Of a stretch of DNA of 64,000 nt, positions 51,723 through 63,050 are shown piece after piece (within the stretch, counting starts at the first letter, position 1; each line of letters starts with the position of its first letter). Made by a program: the position numbers and the translations under genes. The notes under the pieces are model-generated. The model was not told where the DNA came from. It ran no database searches and was given only the letters and a program-made list of their open reading frames with translations. Origin of the DNA: Gracilinanus agilis (taxonomy: Eukaryota). The stretch lies in contig NC_058134.1 of NCBI RefSeq assembly GCF_016433145.1, forward strand, positions 170,409,731 to 170,473,730, read 5' to 3'.

Positions 51723-53270
51723 TACATCCTGAGCTTGGGATGAAGGAGCAGGGGGAGCTAGAAGAGGAAGAGGCTAGGCCTGAGAACCACGAAGGGATGT
51801 GAGCCAGTGTGTCTCACTTGGGGCTGGCACCATGAGCAGCTCCAAAAGATTAGAATAGAGGCATTTGTCCTGCACTTGGCATTTGATGAGCTGCACCAGG
51901 TTCTTCAGAATCACCTGTAGGGCCACAACTGCTGCAGGTGTGATCCTCACAGCTGCTGACACTGATCAGGCTCCAGAGTGAAGATAGCAATGTCAGCAAC
52001 CTGTTCAGTACTCTTGTGGTCACCTTGACCACCTTGGTGACAAAAATCAGTAGGCAGCTTGAAAAGAAGGGGACCAGCCAAACCCAGACCCACTCTTTAG
52101 TTGAAAACCCTATTATTTAGATTTACAATAATTCAGAAACATTCTATAGCCTTTATTCAGTAATTTCATTCCTGGCCAAGAGTATTTTACTATTAAAATG
52201 CATTCCTGTATTGTAAGCCATGGTCTAGAAATCCATATCCTGTTCTCAGATACCATCTTCTTAATTAGCTGTTTACTTTTCACATCTGCTTTTAAAAATA
52301 TTTTTTATTTTGGAGCTCTTGCTTTCAATTGATACTAGTGAGGAAAGCACCACGTGTACCCTCAAGGTCTTTATTTCTTCACTAAAATGTCACAATTCTT
52401 GTGAATGACTTTAAAGTTATTCCTGGCAGTCTCAGTTGTATCCATGTGGATCTCTAGAAGTGCAAAGTAGTCAGAAAGTGTTACAATTTTTGGGAGGTTT
52501 TTAGTGATGTCCTAGGTATATTCCCTTGGGAGCTAGCAGACCTATCTATTATTAGTCATGTCAACAAATAGATGTATCAGGACCCACCTTACAGGGAGTG
52601 AGAAACCATTATTATTTGTGTCTTCTTTTTTGACTGTTACTGAATAAATCCTAATCTGATACCTTCATGTTCATGTGATTCCATACCATTATTCCTTTGA
52701 ACAAGCAGCTGCTTCTTCTTAGGTGTCCAGCTCTGTCCTTAACAGCCTTATGGCTATTATTTAACTCTAAATGTTTTGTGGCTTTTCTTCCTTTTCCCTT
52801 TGTCATAATCATACCCTCCAGCCTTTGAACACTGATCAGTATTCCTTCCATCTCTTCAGATTCTTTATCTTCTTTGTTTTTGTATTGAAGACCATAACCA
52901 TTTTTAAAAAGGAATACTCAATTCTCCCTGATAACCTGGCAAGTAGAGAGACAATCCTCTAATTCCCTTACACTTTTTTTCTTTGAGAAAGATTACCTTG
53001 CACTTTGAGCATAGATAGCAGTTACTTGGCTATTTCAGAAAGATAATCATGCACTCAGTGCAGGTCACTGCAAAATTTCTCCTCTCCATACTTGCTAGAA
53101 ATCCTATGTCATTGCTTTTCATGAAATCTTTTATGATTCCGTAACACTGAGTATATTACCTTTTCCCCCAAATGGCTCTACCATTAATTCATTTCTCCAT
53201 AGTTGGAGCCTTGCTGTTATCTTTGGTCCCTTCTTCTTTTCTTCCTCTGCTGTAAAGTGCTGGTGAATCA

Positions 53271-53440
53271 GAGGCATCTAGGTCAGTCAGTGAATAGCGT
53301 GGCAGACCTAGGTTCAAATATGGCCTCAAACACTTCCTAACTATGTGACCTTTGGCAAGTCACTTAACCCCATTTGCCTAGTTCTTGGCCTTCTTTCTTG
53401 GAGTTGTTACTAGGACAGAAGGTAAGGGTTTTTTAAAAAA
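53271..53440 (+). mobile_element. Older, internally deleted SINE1-like element
   Basis: ggttcaaatatggcctcaaacacttcctaactatgtgacctttggcaagtcacttaacccc...gacagaaggtaagggtttttt aaaa. Confidence 0.85.
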
Positions 53441-56121
53441 ATCTACCTCTGGAGCTTTCCCAATCATTTTCTTTACTGTGTTCCTACTACTACTACTCTA
53501 GTACTGATCTTTATTTCTCCATACTTAGATCACTACAATAGCTTCCTAACAGGTCTTTGTACATCTTTTTTCAATGGGGAATTCTGCATAGTTCTTAATA
53601 GCATTAATAAGAATTTCCCTTTTTGTTCCTTAAGAAGGAATAGGAAATGAAATCCCTCAGTTAGAGCTGTGTGCACACTAATGCCAAAGTGTATAGATAC
53701 ATTGCTTTCTCAGTTTCTTGTTCTCCAGGAAACAAACATATGAAAAATCGTTTTCAAGGGAGTGTAGGAAAGTGGAAAAGGGACATTACACAGGATTGAG
53801 TATTTGGGAAACTGGGCTCCAAAAAATACACCCTATGTTGAGGCATTATGGCCAGTGGTAGAAGGGGTGATCAAAGGAGAAAAAATGTATTTCAGTGAAG
53901 AAGGATCCCAGAAGTGTTTTGGGAGAATTTTAGCTAGGGGAGGCATCTAAAAAGTATTTCACAACTTATCAATCAGCATTGATAAGTTTTTGTTTCTCTG
54001 CCATCCCCTCTCATTCACTCTGCCTCAAGTTTCCCATCTCTATTCTCCCAAAGCTAGCTCCTTCTGATTCTCCTGTTCGTTACTGGTACCACCATCTTCT
54101 CCATCTTATGATTCCATATCATTTTCCTAGACTCTCAGCCTTAGAATTTTGGCATCAACTTTGATTCTTTTCTGTATTTCAGCCATTACTTCTATTCAGT
54201 CACAAAATTTTGCTACTTGTAGCTTCTCAAAATCTTTCTTATAATTTATTGTCTTTTTTCAGTTTCTGTTTCACAAACTATATTGTAGCCCTCTTTACTT
54301 TTTAGTAAGTCTGTTGTAATTTATTAATTTGTTCCCTGCTTTCAATCTCTTCTAATTATTATATGCCATATATAGTTGCCTTAATCTTCCTAAAACACAG
54401 TTTTCAGCCATCTTATTTGTGCTGCTCAAAAACATTCAGTGGCTCCTCTAACTGCATCTAAAGACCTGAGTTTCTTCTCTAAGACTGTTAACTAAGTTCC
54501 TATAGACAAGTTCTCTAATTGCTCTGAGACTCAGTTTTTGCTTAAGTAAAAATGACTTACTTATTTCACTGAATTGTGAGAATCAAAGTCTGTGAAAGTG
54601 ATATAAAAGTATGATAGTATTATTTTTTTATTATATAACAACCTTCACAGTTTTTGAATCCAATGCTAAACACAACTTGGTTTCAGCTACCTTTTCTATC
54701 TTTTCTACTTCTTTCCTAAATTACCCTAGTCAGAATGGTGGGTGCAGTCTCCCATCCATGTGCACTTGACCTCTTCTTTGCTTTTGCTCTGAATGTGCCC
54801 TCCACTGAATAGGTCCATGTTCTCCAGAATTCATTAAGTTCTAGTTTAATTCTTACTTACTATATAAAATTGTCTGATCAGAGCACAACCTCTTAAAAAA
54901 CTTGTAGTAGTACTTCTGCTAACATTTTTGTACATATATACAGAAATACACCTGTGCATATATGTATATAGGTGTTATACACACATACATAAATATTTAC
55001 ACACATGTATATTTATATACTTATATGTGTGTATATATACATACATATTTGAAAAACTTATATTTTTAAAAAAGTATTCTGCATAGGTGAGTTAAATTTT
55101 CATTACAGTTGTAGGGATGGGTGAGATAAATGGACCAATCAAAACTAGATGGAATTAACTAAGGCTTCATAAATATGAATTTTAAGGAGAATTTTGGAGG
55201 GTAAAGAAGGGGTTAATAGAGATGAAGTGAGAACATTTCAGACAAAGGGAGTGGCATGTGTGAAGGTTTGAAAGGTAGTAGGAGATGGCTCACTGACTTT
55301 ACAGTAAAGGTACTAAAATTCTATAATTTTCATTGAAATAAATAAGAAATAATGGGATGCTCAGCAGAAATAAAGTAGCTTTTAAATTCTTTATCAAAGT
55401 ATTGCCTCCACACATACTACTACAAAACCTCATGACAGCTTGAAGGTGACCCTGAGTTTATTGTGGTTTGTTGAGGGAATGTGGGTTCTCAAGCTGTGGG
55501 AGATTACCACAATGGACAGGTTCTGAACCCAATCCTAAAATATCAAGGTGTGTCTGCTTCCCATGCATAAGCCTGGAGCTAAGTTTGGAGAGGCTCATCA
55601 TCAGTAGGCTGGCTGCTGGTTGATGAATCCTATAACCTTGAGGCCCATAAAACAAAGAGTACTATAAAGTAGCCTTCAGTTTTGTGTTTTTCTTCCACTT
55701 CTGCTATGACAGTGGAATGTTCTCCTTCCTCACCTCTGTCTCTTTGTTTCCTTTGCTTCAAGTCCCAACTCAAATCCTATCTTCTGTAAGTCGCATCTCC
55801 TGTCCCTTCAGCTGCTGGTGCATATAATTCTTCCCCTGAGCTTAACTTCATTCACTCCATTAAATATCCTGTTTGTATCTAGCTATTTTTGTGTTTTTTT
55901 CCCTCTTTAGAACACAGACTTCTTCAGGGCAGGGACTACTTTTGCTGCCTACCTTTCTATTCCCAGTACTTTGCACAGTGCCTGGCACATAATTGTTTAT
56001 TGTTTATTAAATGATAACTGACTTACTGGGGGAGCAAAGGAAAAGGGCCAGTGGTTGCTAATAATCAGTTTTTAGTTTATAAACAGTTCCTAAAATAAAC
56101 TGTTTATAAACATTCATTCGA

Positions 56122-56645
56122 TCCAGTTAACATGGAATTCCTCCAGTTCATTATTCCTTTGAGCACAATAGTATTCTATCACCAACAGATACCACGATTT
56201 GTTCAATCATTCCCCAATTGAAGGACATTCCTTCATTTTCCAATTTTTTTCCACCACAAAAAGCATGGCTATAAATATTTTTGTATAAGTTTTTTCCCTG
56301 TGATCTCTTTGGGGTATAAACCCAGCAGTGGTATAGCTGGATCAGAAGGCAGACAGCCTTTTATAGCCCTTTGGGCATAGTTCCAAATTGCCATCCAGAA
56401 TGGTTGTATCAATTCACAACTCCACCAGCAATGCATTAATGTCCCAATTTTGCCATATCTCCTCCAACATTTATTACTTTCCTTTGCTGTCATGGTTTTG
56501 ATTTGCATTTCTCTAATTACAAGAGATTTAGAATGCTTTTTCATGTGTTTATTGATAGTTTTGATTTCTTTATCTGAAAATTGCCTATTCATGTCCCTTG
56601 CCTATTTATCAGTTGGGAAATGGCTTGATTTTTTGTATAATTGAA
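56122..56645 (-). mobile_element. L1 ORF2 C-terminal fragment lacking its 3'UTR/polyA
   Basis: Minus ORF 56269..56592 (MNRQFSDKEIKTINKHMKK...CWRRYGKIGTLMHCWW) is L1 ORF2p. Confidence 0.9.
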
Positions 56646-56659
56646 AAATCAGTTTTTAA

Positions 56660-56840
56660 AAATCAGAAATGGACAAACAGAAGCTAATGACTTCATGAGA
56701 GATAAAAAAGCAAAACAAAAACAAAAGAATGAAAAAAATAGAAGAAAATATGTCATATCTCTTTGAAAAAAACAATTGACCTCGAAAATATATCCAGGAG
56801 AGACAATCTAAGAATTGTTGGACTACCTGAAAGTCATGAT
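56660..56840 (+). mobile_element. L1 ORF1 fragment
   Basis: 56775-56840 translates IDLENISRRDNLRIVGLPESHD, the conserved ORF1p coiled-coil/RRM junction motif. Confidence 0.88.
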
Positions 56841-56844
56841 TAAA

Positions 56845-57300
56845 TTCCTCTGTCTGACTCTTAAAGCTCTTCACAATCTGGCTTTTTCTTACCTTTCCAT
56901 TCTTCTTTCATAATTTTCTCTGTGACTCTTCAGCCCAGCAATAGTGTGTTCCTTTCTGTTCTTCCCAGGGCACTCCATCTTCTCTCTTCATATCCTTTCT
57001 TTCCCTTTGCTATCCCTCAGTCCTACAATAGTATGTCTCTCTGCTCTGCCCAATGGAACCTCTGATTTCCTTCAGATCTCAGATCAAAGCCCACATTCTA
57101 TACAAAGCCTTCCTCACTAATGTCACCAATTGCTAATGCCTTCCTCAGAACTACCTTTCCTTCAATTTATATATATATTCTGAATGTACATGTTATCTCC
57201 ATTGTTAGAATATAAGCTTTTTGAGGGCAAGAACTGTTCCATTTTTCTCCTCATGTCCCCAGTGCTTAGCACATAGATATTTAATAGATACTTGATTACT
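56845..57300 (+). mobile_element. L2 3' fragment
   Basis: ctcttcacaatctggc...; tail cccagtgcttagcacatagatatttaatagatacttgatt. Confidence 0.75.
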
Positions 57301-59692
57301 TATTGTGTCAATCACAGACTCTCTTAATATTTCAGAGTGAAATAAATAATCGCTATAAAGAAAGAGTTCAATCTAACTACCCACACAGGAAAATCAGAGT
57401 AGATAAAAATAATACCTATTATCCATATGCAAAGGGATGGACAACTAAAAAGCTTTTCCTTCATTGCATATGTCTTCATAGTATCCTGAAAATATACAAT
57501 AAATTGAGATTACAATTGAATTGAAGGAGACTCTTGCCTTTGAGAAATTATAAAATTCTTCTAATTGTCCTAAATATTTCTGTAAGACAGAGGCTTATCT
57601 TTTCCATGCCAATATTCTTCTAATTATGCTGTATGACAGTGTGTCACTGAAGAATAGTCTCTAATGAACTGAAGTTGAGAATAATCTAAATGCAATACAT
57701 TACAAAACAGAAATTATGAAGGAGAAGCTATCTAAAGCATATCATAAAGAAACGTATTAGTAAAAAAGGAATATGGGCTGGTCATGTGATGTGATTGCCA
57801 ATGGACAGTTCACATGATTATTGTGATTGTCAAAAGAATTTGAAGAAGACTCTCAACATATTCCCTGGATCTCCCTACTCACATGGAAAACTTATGAGAG
57901 AACAATTCATACAAGATGGGCGGGTGTAGATGGGTTGTTATCAGTTTTGTTATAAAGGTTATACACATGAATGAGATCTTATATTCATTGGCTTATTATT
58001 GGAGTATCAAATGATGAACTACAGACTCTTTACTGTCCCTCTAGCACTATGATATTATCATTTGTAGACAACTAATTTTGTATGTGTTCCGCTGACAAGT
58101 TAGTACTTTGCTACTTGAAAGTTCCCTTATTTCTTTGCTGTGGACACTTTATGCCTTAAAACAGATGAAAACTTTTGCAATGTGGAGATATTTTTGTAAC
58201 CCCAAATTCATTAGCTGATAAACTTTGTAGCTTGTCAGTTCAGGCTCTCTGAGCTTAAGCTAGACTGATTTTCAGATATTCTGTTACTGGATCCATAACC
58301 AACACCTTTCCAGCTTGATAGAACCTATTAAAGCTTTGTGTTTACTGCTAGAATAGCCTTTGAGAATCCCAGGTTTATTTCTATGCTGTGATTAAGCATT
58401 AAAATAGAATTTTAATGAAAGCTAACATAAATACTAAATTGAAAATAAAACATAGTATACATATTCAGTTCAATAAACATAAACAACATTGATCAAATTT
58501 GATAGTAAAAACCATAGCATTTCCTTATAATTCTTGAGCTCTGAAAACTTGTATACACTGATTCAGACTGAAATTAGTAGAACCAGAGAACAGTTTATAC
58601 AGAACAACAATGTTATAAAGACAGATGACTTTGAAAGATGATCTAAGATTTCAAAGGATCAATGATGGCTCATACCCAGTGTCTGATAGAGAGATGAAGA
58701 ACAGAAGATGCAGAATAAGCATACGTATTTGGACAAGACCAATGTAAGAATATGTTTACTTGACCATGCATACTTGTTACTGTAAGGGTTCTATTGTTGT
58801 TGTTGTTTCTTTCAGTGAGAGGAAGGAAAGGAAGAAGAAACATTAAAAAAATTTTAAAGTATAATAAATTTTAAAACAATTTTTGATTTGTATGGCATTT
58901 TAAATGAAGTTATTGTTAGGAAAAAGACATAAAGTAATGGAAGTTGCCTTTTTCTTCTATGCAATGCCATTTAACTAGCTTGTTAGATGCCTAGCTATAT
59001 GTACAATATTAAAGAAGGTGCCATTCTTATTCAGAGAAGGTATCATTCTTGTCCTAATTTAAATTTGTTTTTACAGTTGTCTTAATTCTGCTTTTATTTA
59101 ATCACACATTTCAAAAAAATTTCCATTACCTCTTAAAATATTACATAGTTGTATGATTCACAGTACATTTAAACAATATATTAAAATTAAATTTAGATAT
59201 CTTTAGATTAGAACAAGCCATAGCCCAGTTTCATATTTACCACTTAGACTTATTCATTAACTTGAGTGGGAAAAGATTTTTTTAATGTTTTTATCCAAAG
59301 TTTCTGTTGAGCTAGCGTACAAAGACAATTTTCATGGGCCAAGTTCAGCTACATCTGCCATAAAAGCAAATTTTCCTGTTTTTGAATACTTATGTTGGTC
59401 TTTGATCTCAGTATGGGTACTCCATTCACCAGTATAAATCCAAATTCATCCATGCCTTTTCATCTTGTGTAATTCATATTTATGTCCTCCCATAAAATCT
59501 TCCATAAGGGGCCCACCCATTAGATAGGGTGCCTTTTTCTCTAGTACTCCATACCTCTCTAGATGTTACCATAAAGGATGTCCATTGGATACCCTGTAAT
59601 GTTGCAGCATCTTGGTTCCAGAAGAGCAATGAGGAACTACACCTCTTCTTTCATGGCATTGTCAGGGCATTGTGGGTACGGAAGATTGCATA

Positions 59693-59867
59693 ACCCTTGT
59701 ACTTCGGTGTATTGTCTCATAGGTGGAAGAGTGGTAAGGGTGGGCAATGGGGGTCAAGTGACTTGCCCAGGGTCACACAGCTGGGAAGTGGCTGAGGCCG
59801 TTTTTGAACCTAGGACCTCCTGTCTCTAGGCCTGACTCTCACTCTACTGAGCTACCCAGCTGCCCCC
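59693..59867 (-). mobile_element. Young SINE1-like element, subfamily B, without an A-tail
   Basis: Full-length body with 6 differences from the copy at 27597. Flanked by tgcata (59687-59692, 59868-59873). Confidence 0.92.
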
Positions 59868-60204
59868 TGCATATGCTATTAGATGTGGGCAATGTGTTGC
59901 TTGGCTTGCTCAGTTCTTTCTTTCTTTGTTATAGGGGAAGATTCACTTGGGGGAGGGGTGGTGTTGGGAGACCTATTCAGAAATTAATGTGATGAAAAGC
60001 AAAAGACATAAGTTATATCATTAATACCAAATAACTAATGATGTTCCTTGTTGCCCTTGGTAAATAAACTAATTTCATCAATTCCCTTATTTGCCATTCT
60101 ATGGAGAATCTATTAGCAATACTTCCATTTATCCATAACTTCCTTTTGATACTTGGTTTCATTTCTAGTGAGAATGTCAAAATTAATATTATTCATTTCC
60201 TTTA

Positions 60205-60335
60205 ATAGAAAAGTTCCTCAACTTTTTTGCACCATGGACCCTTCTGGCAGTCTAGAGTAGTCTATGGACTCCTTCTTAGGGTTACAAAGGAAACTAATTG
60301 TTGAAATAGCTAACAAATATTTTTTAAAATTAGTT
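60205..60335 (+). mobile_element. Ancient hAT MITE fragment (Charlie4z-like, from memory)
   Basis: ttcctcaacttttttgcaccatggaccccttctggcagtctagagtagtctatggactccttc...acaaaggaaactaatt. Confidence 0.6.
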
Positions 60336-60449
60336 GATGATATCCAAGTCAAGAACTTATATTCTTCTGGTAGAATGTCACTATTCAAAGATGTCACACT
60401 TAAAATACTAGTAACTAAGTTTATGCTTATAGATGATGATAATGTTGAT

Positions 60450-60690
60450 GGTGACTATCATTATCATAGCATTTATACTGTACCTATGTGCCAGACACTC
60501 TTCTAAATACTTAGTCATTTCATTTAATCCTCACAATCCTAGAAAGTAAGTGAAATAGTTAGACTCATTTTTTCATACGAAGAAACTGAGGCAAAAAGAT
60601 TAAGTGATTTGCCCTAGGTCACACAGCTAGTAAATGTTGGAGACTAGATTTGAACTCAGGTCTTCTTGCATTATCCATTGAGCTTTTACT
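60450..60690 (-). mobile_element. MIR-family SINE
   Basis: gaagaaactgaggcaaaaagattaagtgatttgccctaggtcacacagctagtaaatg. Confidence 0.8.
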
Positions 60691-61814
60691 AAGATTATCT
60701 TCCTAGCATCGAACAGTATAGAAGTGAAAGGGGCCTGGGGGCCATTTTGTAATTTTCTTTTTTTCCATAGGTTGCCATGGCCAAAGAATTCATGACTCTA
60801 GCCAAGAATGCCTCTCCAAAATTAGCCAAGCTAATCCTTGGAAAGTAGACATAGGCCATTGCTACAATTTTACCTGAAGCCTCTCTAGCATTATAGGGTC
60901 TGCTAGAACTTCTTTGTCACTGGCACAGCCTTTGAGAACCTATGCTCCCCTTCCTACCCTGAACCTTGAAGTAGGTCCTTATGGATGATGTCTTTTCTTA
61001 TAGAAAAAAATTCCCAAGATATGACTTTTTTAAGGCTCCTTTTCCTAGTTTCATTTCTAAAATTAAGCAAAGATATGTTACTTTGGGAGCAAACAAATAA
61101 GGATAAATTTTTAATAATTACACTTAAAGCACACTATGGAATGTTTTTCACATAGTTCCATGGCAAAAAATTTCCACAATACCTTCTTGTATACAAACTA
61201 CCCAATTTTTAACTGTTTTCTAATTTTCAACTATTTTTCTATTTTGTCATGTTTAGTAACAATACTACTGGTACTATTTGGAGCTGGCTGTGGGAAAGGC
61301 ATGCATTCAGGTCCTATTTTGGGCACATACTAGCTGTGTAACCTTGGGCCAAGACCTTTAATCATTCATGGTGCTCAGTCTAGGCCAATCTGCATTGGCA
61401 GGGATTCTTTACTTGCGAGTTCCTCATATTATTGAAAGCTCAGTCCTTTTCCACAAAACTTTGCTATTCCTTATTATATGAATAGAGGTTTTCCATGAGA
61501 ATATTCCAGTAATAGCAATATTACCCATACAAAGTTGACTATAAAATTGTACGTCTACGTGTAATAATTTTCAATATCAAGATATGCTTAATTTCTCATT
61601 ATTTTCTCCCACCTTCTTGAGGCCCATATCTCTAGGCTCCTACAGCTGTCACTTAGAGTTGTTTAATTTCTGAGAAAAGAGGCAAGGAATAGGTATATTG
61701 AGGGGTGTTTAACAAGAGGATATTTATCTCTGTTTCTTGCCACTTTTGCTTTTTGCTGATGCCAAAGTAGATCTGATACTTAGGTTTAAAAAATAGTTAC
61801 ACAAGTATAAAATG

Positions 61815-63050
61815 AGGAGGAGATCGCTAGAGGGCAGGTCATATGAAAAAGATCTGGGGGCTTAGTAGACTACAGGTGAATCCGAAGTGCATTATGGCAG
61901 CCAAAGAAGCTTGTGTGATCTTAACAGCCCAGAACAAAGTGTTAGTTATGCATTTTAGCAGTAGGATTATTTATTTCATTTTGATAACTGTTGGAATTCT
62001 TCTAGTAATAGAAGAAGTGACCTCAGAGGCTGACTAGTACCTTCTGTGCTATAGGCGAGTGATTATCCAGTCTTTCTTTGAGGACCTCCAATGATGAGCA
62101 ATCACTCCCTCTTTAGACTACCTTTTCCATTTTGGGTTAATTGTTAAAAATGATTTTCCCCATGTCAAACTTAAACCTTCCTCTTTGCAAGTTCTACCAA
62201 CTATTTCTGACTGTGAGAGAGAACTATCATTTCCTGCTCCACCCACACCATCCTCTGGCCACATCTTTTCTTCCAGCTGTACTCTTCCCTGGTGTGACCA
62301 CGTTTATTTCCGAGTTCAGTTTTATGGATGCCATTTTCCAGGCAGAACATTTAACAAATTGGAGACAGACCAGAAGGTTAGCAAGATGAAGACCTTGTAT
62401 ATAGGTATCAACTAAAGAAACTAGGGATGTTTAGCTTGGCAAAAAACCTTAGCAGGAACTTGATAGCCATCTTGATTTATTTGAAGAGTTTCAGAGGAGG
62501 GTTTCAACTTGATCTACAATTCTTCAATAATAATTAAAATTATAAGAATAATAATAATGGCTAACATTTTTATATAGCACTTACTTTGGGCCAGGGATTT
62601 TGCTGTTTTACAAATATTCTTATTTGGTACTCACAACAACCTTGGGAGGTAGGTGTTATTATCCCCATTTTATAGATAAGGAAACTAAGGCAAGCAGAGG
62701 TTAAGTGACCTACTCAGGCTCACACAGATATTACATCTCTCAGACCAAATTTGAACTCAGGTCTTCTTCATTCTAGGCCCAGAGTTCTAGCCACTGAGCC
62801 ATCTAGCTGCTCCTAAGAACTAGGAACTATTAGTGAAAGTTGCAGAGAGGCAAATTTTGGTTTGATATAAGGGAAAACTTGCCAGTAGAAATATCCACAT
62901 GTGAAATAGGTTTCCTTAAGAGAGAGTGGGTTCTAATTCCCAGAAGTTTTTCAAACAGAAGTTAGTATATCACTTGTTAGTGATACTGCAGTAGAGATTC
63001 ATTTTCAAATGTGATTTGGATGAGATAACTTTCCAACTCTGAATCTGATT
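61815..63050 (+). mobile_element. L3/CR1 3' portion, interrupted by an opposite-strand L3 3' piece (~62000-62230) and a MIR (~62540-62815)
   Basis: CR1-type motifs gaaaaagatctgggggcttagtagac, aaagaaactagggatgtttagcttgg and gcagagaggcaaattttggtttgatataagggaaaac. Confidence 0.72.

Noticed and set aside
54925-55050. TA/CA/TG low-complexity tract
   Set aside because: An ordinary degenerate microsatellite with no long perfect symmetry.
25373-59829. Recurrent peptide VY(W/C)LIGGRVVRVG(N/S)GGQVTCPGSHSWEV in several ORFs
   Set aside because: It is the translation of antisense SINE1 copies, not a protein family.
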